Source of the DNA: Hyphomicrobium sp.
GTDB lineage: Bacteria; Pseudomonadota; Alphaproteobacteria; Rhizobiales; Hyphomicrobiaceae
Direction of reading: 5' to 3'
Length of the DNA stretch: 41,958 nucleotides
Assembly (NCBI GenBank): GCA_040080075.1
Contig: JBEBJD010000254.1
Coordinates: 1 to 41,958 of the forward strand
The notes beneath the pieces were generated by a model that was not told where the DNA came from, did not search any database, and was given only the letters and a program-made list of their open reading frames with translations. Below, piece after piece: positions 1-8,943 of this stretch. Position numbers and translations under genes: made by a program. Position 1 is the stretch's first letter; each line of letters begins with the position of its first letter.

Positions 1-1
1 G

Positions 2-3000
2 ATCGCCGTGGGCTCGGCGGCGTCGACGGCGATAACCGCTATTGGCGCGGAGTTCGACAAGTTCTTCGGAATTGGCGAAGGCACGCAGGTTTTCAACAAC
101 ATCACAAATCAATTTGAAACGACTGACGTTATTGGTGCAGACTTTGCGACCAATGTGCGCACGTTGGGCATCGGTGCGCTGACATCATTCCTCACGGCTG
201 AGATTGCCGAAAGTTTGGGCATTAAAACCGACACGGCCGGCTTCTCTTTTTTCAATTATACAGCAAGTCAAGGCATCAATAAGCTGATCAGCTATGCCGT
301 CGCAAAGGTTGGCGAGGGGTTTAATTTTACCGAAGGGCTGAGCGGCGTCTTGTTCGGTGACGTTAGTACCGTCTTGTCGTCGCCCGTCTACACAGCCGCG
401 AACTTTGCCGCTTTCGCCGGGACCTATCTCGCTAAAGACATTGTCAAGATCGAGAATATCGGCGGTGCCATTGGACAAGCGATCGGCAGCGCCGTGGGAA
501 CCGTTGCCGGTATCGGCCTTGCCAGCTCAGCGCTCGCAATTGGCGTGTTTGGCCCGGCGGCGATCATTGTTGTTCCGTTCCTGGCAGCGTTTGGCGGGAC
601 GGCTATCGGCACATGGGTTGGCAACTTCATCGGGTCGCTGTTCCAGGACAACGGGTATGCCTATGCCAATCTCACGATGTGGAAAGGGCAAACCACATTC
701 ACAAAGTCTGCCATCAATACTGACGACTGGGATTGGGGTAACTCTGTCCAAAACATGCAACAGGCCATTTTCGGTGCGATGAAAAATATAGTGGCTGCTT
801 CCGGCGGAACCACCGCCGGGCATGTTCGCGTGTTCTTTGAGTATGTGAATAGAAGTGCACCAATTATTCGCATTACTGATGCTCCTCCCGGAACGAACTT
901 GGACATTCTGAAGGCTCTGAATGAAACTCCGACCTTAAGAACTGGAAATGGTCAGACCTACCGGCAAAGATACGGAGGCACGGTTTATGGAACCTACGGC
1001 TGGTTTAAGAAAGCTTCGACAGATGGAAAAGCTCTTGTGGACTGGGCGATTATCCGTGCATCCAAGGTCGCGCAATTCGATGGCGATTTTTGGGTCAGGC
1101 GCGCGGTTGGAACGAGCGATGCTATAACAGCGGCGGACTTTGGCCGTCAGATTAACTGGGCTCAGAATTACAGCGCCATAAAGAGCATCCTTGATCAGGT
1201 CGCAGGCACGCCCATTACCGTAAGCCGCCCCAATTTCAACGACGCTGTTGGAACATCGGCAGAAGCGGCCTGGCGTACAGCGCGTAAAATTCTGGTTGAG
1301 ATGGCTCCTGCTGACCGGGTGAATATAGGGACTTATGTGTCCACCGTGCTCTCGACGACCACAGCAGCGTCTGCCACGCTCCTTTTATCGGAAATCGTTC
1401 TGGCGAAAACCTTCGGTGATATTGTCGATGCTGTTACGGCGAATATTGGAGGAACCTGGACAGGGATCGCCGCTCCAAATTTCGGATTATACCATTCGAA
1501 CCAGCAAACAGTCGAATCGGATGCAGCTTTCGCAGCGCGGCTCGCCTCGACAGCGACCAACCTCGCCAGAACCGCTCTGGCCGCGGCGGCATCGACAGGC
1601 GACGCATTCGGCATCGCTGCGATTAGGCAGTCAACGGCAACTTCATCGCAAGTCTTGATGAATCAACTGGCCGTGGCGCTTTCTTTTAGTGCGAACGTCA
1701 AGGGGCTGGACACGGCAGATGCTGCCGATGACTCAACTCTTGTCAAAACGCTACGGTCCCTTGGCCTGACCACTTCGGCATTGACGTCTCCAAACTTCAA
1801 TAGTGTGACCCTCGACACTGCACCGCCGGCCGTTCCAACTGACGCAACTGATCCAAATTATGCCAAGGCTGTCGCTGATCGCGCAGCTTACGACGCGTCA
1901 AACACGGCATCTATTCAAAGCCTCATTATTGAATCGTTGAAGTCATCCACAATTGCAGGCAATCCCCGAGTCGTTGCTGCAGTAAAAGAGACGGCGGCGA
2001 CTACGATCGATATCCTGCTGAAACAATTGGCAACGGCGCGCGGGGCAAGCGTTTTGTTGGATGACCCAAACACGGGTTACCTGAAAATTCTCAGCGAACT
2101 CGGTGTGAATGTGAACACGCTGGGAGCGATGGACTTTAACTCAGCCACAATCACCGCCACGACAGATCCCGCGTATCAGGCGCAAATATTTGATGAGGCA
2201 ACGCGCATTGCGCAGCAGGCCTTGAATACCGCTAACATGTCAGGGGACCAAGCCCTCATCGCGGCACTGCAAACCAATCCAGCCTTAGCGCTGCAAATTG
2301 CGCAGACCTTTGAAGGTTTGGTGAAGGGCTTCGTAGATCAGATGATCGCTGACGGCGGGGCACTTATAAGCCTCGGTAATACCGGCTTCGGCAAGATCAA
2401 TTTCGCACTGATCGCGGCCGCAACAGGTGCAGACCGGGATGCAAAGATCCTTGAAGCAGCGAAGAGTTTGGCGTTCGATGCAGTTCACGGTGCTCGCTTC
2501 GAGGGTCTCGACCTTTATACGTCCCGCATGCTTGCCAACTCTACGGCAAAAACCTTCAATGAGTTGAGCGGCGACTCGATCGTGTTGCACGACTTCAAGG
2601 GCTATTTGTCAAACAAAGACGTTATCGATTCAATCATCAGGGCCAACATACAAACGACCTTTGCCGCAGCCTGGGCAGCGACATTGTTGGTAGCAGAAGG
2701 ACAAAAGACTGCCGGTCAAATATCTGCAGGCGAACTGCAATTATCTACTATTGCCGTTTCTGATTTCGCGGAGGGTTTCTCGAGCTTCTTGTCGCGTTTC
2801 GACGTGGGTTACTACAATGGCGTACTGTCGGATTTGTCCGTATCAATCGATGGCGCCGGCCTGCATGTTGATGTCCCGGGCCCCAACGCAAATGCCGATT
2901 TCACGGTTTCCAATACGATGATAGGGCTCACTCGTCTGGCAGACGGCGCGGCCGGCACGACAACAGCGGGTACCGGTGGCAACGACTTGTGGAACGCTGC

Positions 3001-3889
3001 CGATGGCGCTGGCAGCGCGTTTACTGACGGCACGCCGGAGACGGGACAGTCGAGCAACGACGTTCTGTTGGGTGGGACAGGCGTTGACACCATTAATGCT
3101 GGTGCAGGTAACGATTACATTGCTGGCGGTGCTGGAAATGACGTGCTGAACGGCGGCGCAGGCAAAGACGTTATCGACGGTGGCTTAGGTGCCGATGCCA
3201 TGAGCGGCAGCACCGGCGATGATATCTACATCGTCGACAACGCTGCTGACACAGTCGTCGAAAGCCTCAACGAGGGTATTGATACCGTCTACGCGTCGGT
3301 AAGCGCCACACTCGCAGCCAATGTCGAGAAACTGCAGCTCTCCGGCGCTGCAGCGATTGACGGAACGGGCAACGTTCTTGACAACACCATTATCGGCAAT
3401 TCCGCCAACAACGTTCTTTCGGGCGATTCCGGTAATGATATTCTTGTCGGCGGGGCTGGCAGTGACACGATCCGAGGCGGCGCGGGTAACGACTCCATCA
3501 TTTTTGGTAGCGGAGCGGGAGTGGATGTTATTGACAGCACAGGCGCCCTTGCAACCGACACTGACCGGCTTCTCTTTGACCGGACAATCTCCAATTCGTC
3601 AATTTGGTTTGAGAACGCGGGCAGCGACCTCAAAATCTCTATCCTCAATAGTGGGGGGATTTCCGATGGCCTGCTCGTCAAGGATTGGGATACCGCAGGA
3701 ATGACGCCGATCGACGAGTTCGTATTGGCAAATGGCAAAACGCTGCTTCGAGGCGACGTCGGTGCCTTGATCAGTGCCATGGCTGCCTTCTCGCCAAGCG
3801 CCATAGTTCAGTCGGCAAACGGCGGCAATATTGTAATTCCCGCTAGTGTACAGACAGCGATCGACAGCTCTCCATGGAAATCACTCTGA
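2..3889 (+). CDS. Large RTX-type (hemolysin-type calcium-binding repeat) secreted protein, 5'-partial; probable type I secretion substrate
   Basis: The frame is open from the window edge (codons at 2-7 precede the first start of ORF 8..3889), so the gene continues upstream. Two blocks of GGxGxD nonapeptides: 'GGTGVDTINAGAGNDYIAGGAGNDVLNGGAGKDVIDGGLGADAMSGSTGDD' (~nt 3060-3235) and 'GDSGNDILVGGAGSDTIRGGAGNDSIIFG' (~nt 3395-3515). A ~120-aa non-repeat tail follows, as in T1SS substrates. Gly/Ala-rich hydrophobic stretch at ~nt 455-650. Confidence 0.85.
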   Translation: MAVGSAASTAITAIGAEFDKFFGIGEGTQVFNNITNQFETTDVIGADFATNVRTLGIGALTSFLTAEIAESLGIKTDTAGFSFFNYTASQGINKLISYAVAKVGEGFNFTEGLSGVLFGDVSTVLSSPVYTAANFAAFAGTYLAKDIVKIENIGGAIGQAIGSAVGTVAGIGLASSALAIGVFGPAAIIVVPFLAAFGGTAIGTWVGNFIGSLFQDNGYAYANLTMWKGQTTFTKSAINTDDWDWGNSVQNMQQAIFGAMKNIVAASGGTTAGHVRVFFEYVNRSAPIIRITDAPPGTNLDILKALNETPTLRTGNGQTYRQRYGGTVYGTYGWFKKASTDGKALVDWAIIRASKVAQFDGDFWVRRAVGTSDAITAADFGRQINWAQNYSAIKSILDQVAGTPITVSRPNFNDAVGTSAEAAWRTARKILVEMAPADRVNIGTYVSTVLSTTTAASATLLLSEIVLAKTFGDIVDAVTANIGGTWTGIAAPNFGLYHSNQQTVESDAAFAARLASTATNLARTALAAAASTGDAFGIAAIRQSTATSSQVLMNQLAVALSFSANVKGLDTADAADDSTLVKTLRSLGLTTSALTSPNFNSVTLDTAPPAVPTDATDPNYAKAVADRAAYDASNTASIQSLIIESLKSSTIAGNPRVVAAVKETAATTIDILLKQLATARGASVLLDDPNTGYLKILSELGVNVNTLGAMDFNSATITATTDPAYQAQIFDEATRIAQQALNTANMSGDQALIAALQTNPALALQIAQTFEGLVKGFVDQMIADGGALISLGNTGFGKINFALIAAATGADRDAKILEAAKSLAFDAVHGARFEGLDLYTSRMLANSTAKTFNELSGDSIVLHDFKGYLSNKDVIDSIIRANIQTTFAAAWAATLLVAEGQKTAGQISAGELQLSTIAVSDFAEGFSSFLSRFDVGYYNGVLSDLSVSIDGAGLHVDVPGPNANADFTVSNTMIGLTRLADGAAGTTTAGTGGNDLWNAADGAGSAFTDGTPETGQSSNDVLLGGTGVDTINAGAGNDYIAGGAGNDVLNGGAGKDVIDGGLGADAMSGSTGDDIYIVDNAADTVVESLNEGIDTVYASVSATLAANVEKLQLSGAAAIDGTGNVLDNTIIGNSANNVLSGDSGNDILVGGAGSDTIRGGAGNDSIIFGSGAGVDVIDSTGALATDTDRLLFDRTISNSSIWFENAGSDLKISILNSGGISDGLLVKDWDTAGMTPIDEFVLANGKTLLRGDVGALISAMAAFSPSAIVQSANGGNIVIPASVQTAIDSSPWKSL

Positions 3890-4292
3890 CAGCCAAGTGG
3901 CTTGGGTATTAGGGAGTCAACGTGACGTCTCGGCGGGCGGAATTGTGATCCTGAGCGGTCGCTCTGTCAACTTAGCTGCAAGCTCACGTCACTCCGATAG
4001 CTGGCCGCTAGAGACACGCGTGACCAGGCGTGATCTGGAAGGTTAGAGCAGCTGTCACTTTGACCGAGAATGCGGCGCGGGAGCGCGCGTACTTAAGGAG
4101 GGTTGCCAGTGACCAGAGATCCTTCTCTCGCACTGGTTTGCGTTCAGGGTTGTGCATTGTATACTGATCAGCTGCACGTCGCGGCGCAGGTTTTGTCGCC
4201 GTGTCACTCTATTGATCAGCTGGCAGGTTTTATTCGTTCCGCAGCGCGTCGCATGCGAATAGACTGGGGTCATATTTCTGCGAGAGTATACA

Positions 4293-7200
4293 ATGCAGGG
4301 ACATCTAAGGGACGCAGCGACCTGGAAAGATGCACGCACCGAAATTTACGGGATTCTTGGCGAGTCGGTTTGGATAATCCTGCTGGGCGCCGCGATCTCG
4401 GTCATCCTTTACCTCCCCGACCAGATCAGAGAGCTCTATCGAATTGAGATCGCCGAACGCGGAACAACCGGTTTCGCGCTACTGGCCATTCCAGTCGTAC
4501 TCATTGCTGAGCTAGTGTGGCTCGGCGCCAAGCTGGTGACAACCCATCGTCAAATGGGAGCGGAGGCGCCCCTTCGCTCCACCGACATAGTCGCAACCGC
4601 GCTGCCCGCGGGGCTCGGCACGCTGCCGCTCGTCGCTTTCGCGCTCGGGCTCTACTTTGCGTTGCCCGTGTTGGGAGGCACCATCGGCGAGGGGCAAGCG
4701 ATTGTCGGTCCCGCGTTCGATAAGTACAACGAGCAGCTCGCACGAGATTTTGGGACGCTGCAGAAGTTTGCACTGATCTCAGGCGGCGGTGCGGCCCTTT
4801 TCCTCGTCGGCTCGTTGCTTTTGTCGCATGTTTCCACGGCTTGGATGGCGGCAGCAAATCGAAGGTACTTTTGCACTTGGAGGGCGCTCGCCTTCAGCAC
4901 CGCCATGATCGCCGCTGCGACCGCGGCATTCTTTTTCTTCCCTGTGCCGATCTCGCGCAGCATTGGTGTGTTGGGCATGTTGACGGTGTTCACGCTGTGC
5001 GTCATCGCCACGACAGTGCACCTGACTGTGCTGTCACGTGAGCACCGCTGGCCGCTTATCGCGGTGCCGCTCGCCTTGGCGGTCGGCTTTTCAATCTTCG
5101 ATCTTAACGACAATCACGAGGTCCGTCGGATAACGACTAACGCGGCGGCGAAAGAGCGTCCCAAGAGGGCGCCGTTCGCAGATGACGAGTTCCTGAGTTG
5201 GTACGAAAATCGGCCGGACTTGGCGCAAACAACGGGCGACTATCCCGTATATATCGTCGCGGCGCAGGGCGGCGGAATTTATGCGGCCTACCAGGCCGCA
5301 ATCTTTCTGGCGCGGATGCAAGATGTCTGCCCGTCGTTCAAGGATCATTTATTCGCGATCAGCTCAGTCTCCGGCGGCAGCGTCGGCGGGGCGATCTTCA
5401 CTGCGGCACTTCAAACCATCGCCGCCTCCGGGGCGAGTGCTCCTCCAAAGCCCGTCGAGCCAATAGTACCGCCTGCGATCGGTGCACAGACCGTAGAAAA
5501 CACGTCGATCACCAAGCCAAGCCCATGTCCGGCAATCAAGAAGTTCATAGAGAGTGGCGCAGCCACCGACATGCAAAGCCTGGAGGCACCCGGGCCGCAT
5601 GAGACCGCCGTGCGCCGCATGTTGGCCAACGATCTACTCTCGCCTCTCATCGGCGCGACGTTGTTCACGGATTTCAGCCAGCGTTTCCTGTTTTGGCCAA
5701 TCGGCGTGTTCGATCGCGCCCGCACCCTAGAGGCGAGTTTTGAAGCCGCTTCGTCGCCGACCGGTACGGCCGGCACTGGCCCGCTGGCTCAACCATTCCT
5801 CGATCATTGGGACCCCGCACGCAATCGCGGACCGGCATTGCTGCTCAACGCTACGGACGCGGCGAGTGGCAAACGAGTTGTGATCTCTCCGTTCGTGGTC
5901 CAGTCGGCCGAACTGCAGCAGCGGACAACAAGCCTCGCGCATTTCCCATTCTGGCAGCAGACGGAGCCAGAAACGGAGATCGAGTCGCCGATAGACATTC
6001 CACTGTCGACCGCCGCCGGCATAAGCGCCCGTTTTCCGTGGCTGACACCTGCGGCAACCGTAACGGTCGTGGACGCCGCAACCAAGAAACACCAGAGCGT
6101 ACGTCTCGTAGATGGCGGCTACGTCGACAATTCCGGTGTCGAGACCGCCCTCGATTTGATCCGCAATTTGAGTAGCGTGGTCGAGAAGATTGCGCTCGTT
6201 CCCGCCGCGGCACAGAACGCGCGGGCCCTGCGGCCTGTCAAGCTCAGCCTAATAGCTCTGAGCGGCGGCGACTATCCACTTCGCACCTCGTTCTCCCTCG
6301 GCGAAACATTGGAACCCGTGCGGGCGATGTTCTCAACACGACAGTCGCGGGCCTACTTCGCGCTCGAACGGGCGCGCGAGGAATTGCCGCCGGCACCGCT
6401 CACCTCGAAGGATACGGGCAATAATGTTGTGCCTATTTCTGTCAGTAGCTTCCTCGCGTCAAAACTGGAGAGCCGCTTTTACGAGTTGCCCCTTGGCTGG
6501 GCGCTCGGCAATCGTACTCGCGACATCATCGAGCGGCAGAGCGGGCGCTTCTGGGAATGCCAGTTCGGCGCGAGCTTTGAACAGACGGACAATGCGGCCG
6601 CGCAGGCCGATTGCATTCAGATGCTCATTTATCATGAACTCAATCAGACCTTGGGGGAGGCGGCAGGACGAATCGCCGTCTCGGCCAAGCAAGCACCGCC
6701 CAAGCCTGGCCTGCGGCTCGACAACGCCGCCTTCCTCGCATGCGCCCGCCGCGGCCGGGAGTTCCCAAGGGAGTCATGGGCACTTCTGGGACTGCTTGCA
6801 ATCTGGGATCAACGGCCACAATGGACGGACGACCGGTGGCTGGCTTTTATTCTCGGCTACGTAGCGCACGAGACCGGCGGATTCAGCATCAGGAAGGAAA
6901 GCCTGGACTATCGAACTGCCGGGCGGATCATGGAAATTTGGCCGCAGCATTTTGCTACCATCGATGAAGCAGCCCAGTACGTTGGCCAGCCAGAGAAGCT
7001 GGCCAACAAGGTATACGGCGGAAGATTCGGCAATCGCGAACCCGATGACGGCTGGCGCTATCGTGGGCGGGGCCTGGTGCAGCTAACTGGCCGCGACGAG
7101 TACCGCCGCTACGGCCGTTTGATCGGCGTCGATCTCGAGAGCGTTCCGGACCTGATCCTCGATCCCGAGATCGGCGCGAAGGTCGCGTTTGCACAGGCAT

Positions 7201-7367
7201 TTCCGTTGGGAAGCATCAATAGACTTGCTCCATTCTTCCGGGAAGATCCGGCCGACTATGAGGGCGCCATTAGGCTGCTGCGCGGTGGCTCATTTGGGAT
7301 CGCAGAAATTGTCCTGAGAGTTAAGACGTTTGAAAGCTGCATCAAACAAACCAAGCGCGGGCAATAA
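4293..7367 (+). CDS. Fusion protein: N-terminal polytopic membrane domain + patatin-like phospholipase + C-terminal GH19/COG3179 chitinase-like (lysozyme-type) domain
   Basis: Single 1024-codon ORF; weak SD 'GAGAG' 6 nt before the ATG. About seven hydrophobic segments in the first ~270 aa. Patatin motifs: 'AAQGGGIYAAY', GxSxG 'GGSVG' (Ser codon 5379-5381) and 'VDGGYVDNSG' (Asp codon 6111-6113). GH19-like motifs: 'GYVAHETGGFSIRKESLDY' (Glu codon 6870-6872) and 'YRGRGLVQLTGRDEYRRYG'. Confidence 0.8.
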   Translation: MQGHLRDAATWKDARTEIYGILGESVWIILLGAAISVILYLPDQIRELYRIEIAERGTTGFALLAIPVVLIAELVWLGAKLVTTHRQMGAEAPLRSTDIVATALPAGLGTLPLVAFALGLYFALPVLGGTIGEGQAIVGPAFDKYNEQLARDFGTLQKFALISGGGAALFLVGSLLLSHVSTAWMAAANRRYFCTWRALAFSTAMIAAATAAFFFFPVPISRSIGVLGMLTVFTLCVIATTVHLTVLSREHRWPLIAVPLALAVGFSIFDLNDNHEVRRITTNAAAKERPKRAPFADDEFLSWYENRPDLAQTTGDYPVYIVAAQGGGIYAAYQAAIFLARMQDVCPSFKDHLFAISSVSGGSVGGAIFTAALQTIAASGASAPPKPVEPIVPPAIGAQTVENTSITKPSPCPAIKKFIESGAATDMQSLEAPGPHETAVRRMLANDLLSPLIGATLFTDFSQRFLFWPIGVFDRARTLEASFEAASSPTGTAGTGPLAQPFLDHWDPARNRGPALLLNATDAASGKRVVISPFVVQSAELQQRTTSLAHFPFWQQTEPETEIESPIDIPLSTAAGISARFPWLTPAATVTVVDAATKKHQSVRLVDGGYVDNSGVETALDLIRNLSSVVEKIALVPAAAQNARALRPVKLSLIALSGGDYPLRTSFSLGETLEPVRAMFSTRQSRAYFALERAREELPPAPLTSKDTGNNVVPISVSSFLASKLESRFYELPLGWALGNRTRDIIERQSGRFWECQFGASFEQTDNAAAQADCIQMLIYHELNQTLGEAAGRIAVSAKQAPPKPGLRLDNAAFLACARRGREFPRESWALLGLLAIWDQRPQWTDDRWLAFILGYVAHETGGFSIRKESLDYRTAGRIMEIWPQHFATIDEAAQYVGQPEKLANKVYGGRFGNREPDDGWRYRGRGLVQLTGRDEYRRYGRLIGVDLESVPDLILDPEIGAKVAFAQAFPLGSINRLAPFFREDPADYEGAIRLLRGGSFGIAEIVLRVKTFESCIKQTKRGQ

Positions 7368-7465
7368 TAAGATTATGGCGGCACCGAGCTTCAACGACTT
7401 GCGTGGAAGTCGAAACGCACTACGCCGATTTACGCAAGTCGCTCGACTGACCTGCCCCTGAACTT

Positions 7466-8413
7466 TCATCCAGTCTGACTTAGAGTCTTTTGGTTTAATA
7501 CTGCATCGTCTGGGTGATGAGCAACAGGCCAGATCGCGGAGACCTCATCGATCGCAGCGGGCTGGCCTGTTGCGGTGGCCGGCATAGGCACGAGACCGCT
7601 CGCGAACGCCGCCGGGGTCTGATAGTGGAGCGACGAATGCGGCCGCTCGGTATTGTAGTCGGTGACCCACAAGCCGAGTTCGTCGCGGGCGTGGGCCAGT
7701 CCGAAGAATAAGCGTTCGTTCAGAAGCTCGTCGCGCATGCGCCCATTAAAACTCTCGATGTAGGCGTTCTGCGTCGGCTTGCCAGGCGCAATGTAATGCC
7801 AATCGATCCGCCGATCCGCCGCCCACGACAGTACAGCGTTTGATGTGAACTCGGTGCCGTTGTCCGACACGATCATGCGGGGCTTGCCCCGCTGTTCGAT
7901 GAGCAGGGTCAGTTCGCGCGCCACACGCTTGCCTGAGATCGACGTGTCGGGCACTGCTGCTAAACACTCGCGCGTCACATCATCGACAATGTTCAAAACC
8001 CGGAACCGCCGTCCACTGGCAAACTGATCATGCACGAAGTCGAGGCTCCAGCGCGCGTTGGCGCAATCTGCGATCAGAATCGGCGCACGCATCCCAACCG
8101 CACGGCGGCGGGCTTTGCGCCGGCGAACGCTCAAGCCTTCTTCACGATAAAGCCGATAGATCCAATTGCGGCCCGAGACCTCGCCTTCACGTCGCAACAG
8201 AATGAACAAACGACGGTAACCAAACCGCCGCCGCTCATGCGCCAACGCCCGAAGACGCTCGCGAAGCGCCGTGTCGGGCGCCCGGCGCGTCCGGTAACGC
8301 AGGCTCGTCCGATCCATCGAAAGCAGCCGGCACGCCCGCCGCTCGCTCAGCCCGTGCACCCCACAGGCATGCGCGACAGCACTCCGCTTCGCTGCGGGCG
8401 TCACCATTTTTTT
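7466..8413 (-). CDS. IS3-family transposase OrfB (DDE catalytic part), expressed as an OrfAB fusion by -1 frameshifting
   Basis: The -1 frame from the A7 run reads 'KKMVTPAAKRSAVAHACGVHGLSERRACRLLSMDRTSLRY...'. DDE residues sit in 'WSLDFVHD', 'IVSDNGTEFTS' and 'ESFNGRMRDE'. The stop codon (7466-7468) lies inside the left IR. The 5' part of the tracked 373-aa ORF (8414-8587) is only out-of-frame overlap with orfA. Confidence 0.85.
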   Translation of the reverse strand, partial: KKMVTPAAKRSAVAHACGVHGLSERRACRLLSMDRTSLRYRTRRAPDTALRERLRALAHERRRFGYRRLFILLRREGEVSGRNWIYRLYREEGLSVRRRKARRRAVGMRAPILIADCANARWSLDFVHDQFASGRRFRVLNIVDDVTRECLAAVPDTSISGKRVARELTLLIEQRGKPRMIVSDNGTEFTSNAVLSWAADRRIDWHYIAPGKPTQNAYIESFNGRMRDELLNERLFFGLAHARDELGLWVTDYNTERPHSSLHYQTPAAFASGLVPMPATATGQPAAIDEVSAIWPVAHHPDDAVLNQKTLSQTG

Positions 8414-8667
8414 GAATTGAGGTCTTTCAGAACCGCAACGTCCAGCATCGTCTCGGCCAGCAGCTTCTTCAGCTTGGCGTTCTCGTCTTCCAGCCCACGA
8501 AGCCGCTTGGCGTCTGAGACGTCCATGCCGCCGTACTTGGCTTTCCAGTTGTAAAACGTCGCCGTCGAGATCCCATGGCGGCGGCAAAGGTCGGGCGTCT
8601 TGGCGCCAGCCTCGCTCGCCCGCAATATCCCGATAATCTGCTCTTCCGTGAACCGTGATCGCTTCAT
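8401..8667 (-). CDS. IS3-family transposase OrfA (helix-turn-helix / leucine-zipper part)
   Basis: 'MKRSRFTEEQIIGILRASEAGAKTPDLCRRHGISTATFYNWKAKYGGMDVSDAKRLRGLEDENAKLKKLLAE' is the canonical IS3/IS407-type OrfA sequence. It ends 'NSKKW*' across the A7 run. Confidence 0.9.
   Translation of the reverse strand: MKRSRFTEEQIIGILRASEAGAKTPDLCRRHGISTATFYNWKAKYGGMDVSDAKRLRGLEDENAKLKKLLAETMLDVAVLKDLNSKKW
8407..8413 (-). other. Programmed -1 ribosomal frameshift heptamer A_AAA_AAA of the IS3 transposase
   Basis: Minus strand reads TC[A AAA AAA] TGG TGA in the orfA frame, an X_XXY_YYZ heptamer placed exactly at the orfA/orfB overlap. Confidence 0.7.
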
Positions 8668-8943
8668 CGTCCGTCCCCTCTCAGAGGTTCGGACTCTAAT
8701 TCAATTTGGATGAATTCGGCAGGGGCAGGTCAGCATGCCCTAATTCAGTATTGCCAGGTCCGCAGATCACTCGATAGCGGAAACTCGACGTCTGCCGGCC
8801 ATCGGCAGTAGGCGGGCCGGGCAATTGCAATCCCAGCGGCAATCCGGCTTGGAGTTCAATAGACGAAGACGGAAAGCTGGCGAATACGACGGCGGTTTCG
8901 AACCGTAAAAAAAGTGTAGACGTTCATCGCTCAACGAAATTGG

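Larger units (their letters stand above)
7448..8732 (-). mobile_element. IS3-family insertion sequence (IS407-group-like), apparently intact, 1285 bp
   Basis: Terminal inverted repeats: 'TGACCTGCCCCTGAACTTTCATCC' at 7448-7471 and the reverse complement of 'GGATGAATTCGGCAGGGGCAGGTCA' at 8708-8732. The outer 13 nt are identical. They enclose overlapping orfA/orfB with an A7 slippery run. Flanking tetranucleotides differ (CGAC vs GCAT). Confidence 0.85.

Noticed and set aside
3893-3905. Hairpin CCAAG-TGG-CTTGG right after the RTX stop codon
   Set aside because: Only a 5-bp stem with no T-tract, which is too weak to call a terminator.
8414-8587. N-terminal 58 codons of the tracked 373-aa ORF in the IS
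   Set aside because: This is out-of-frame overlap with orfA. The real OrfB frame is entered by -1 slippage at the A7 run.
8890-8915. tRNA T-arm-like 'GGTTTCGAACC' near the kinase 3' end
   Set aside because: There is no acceptor, anticodon or D-arm context around it. It is just a short hairpin (CGGTT-TCG-AACCG) next to an A-run.
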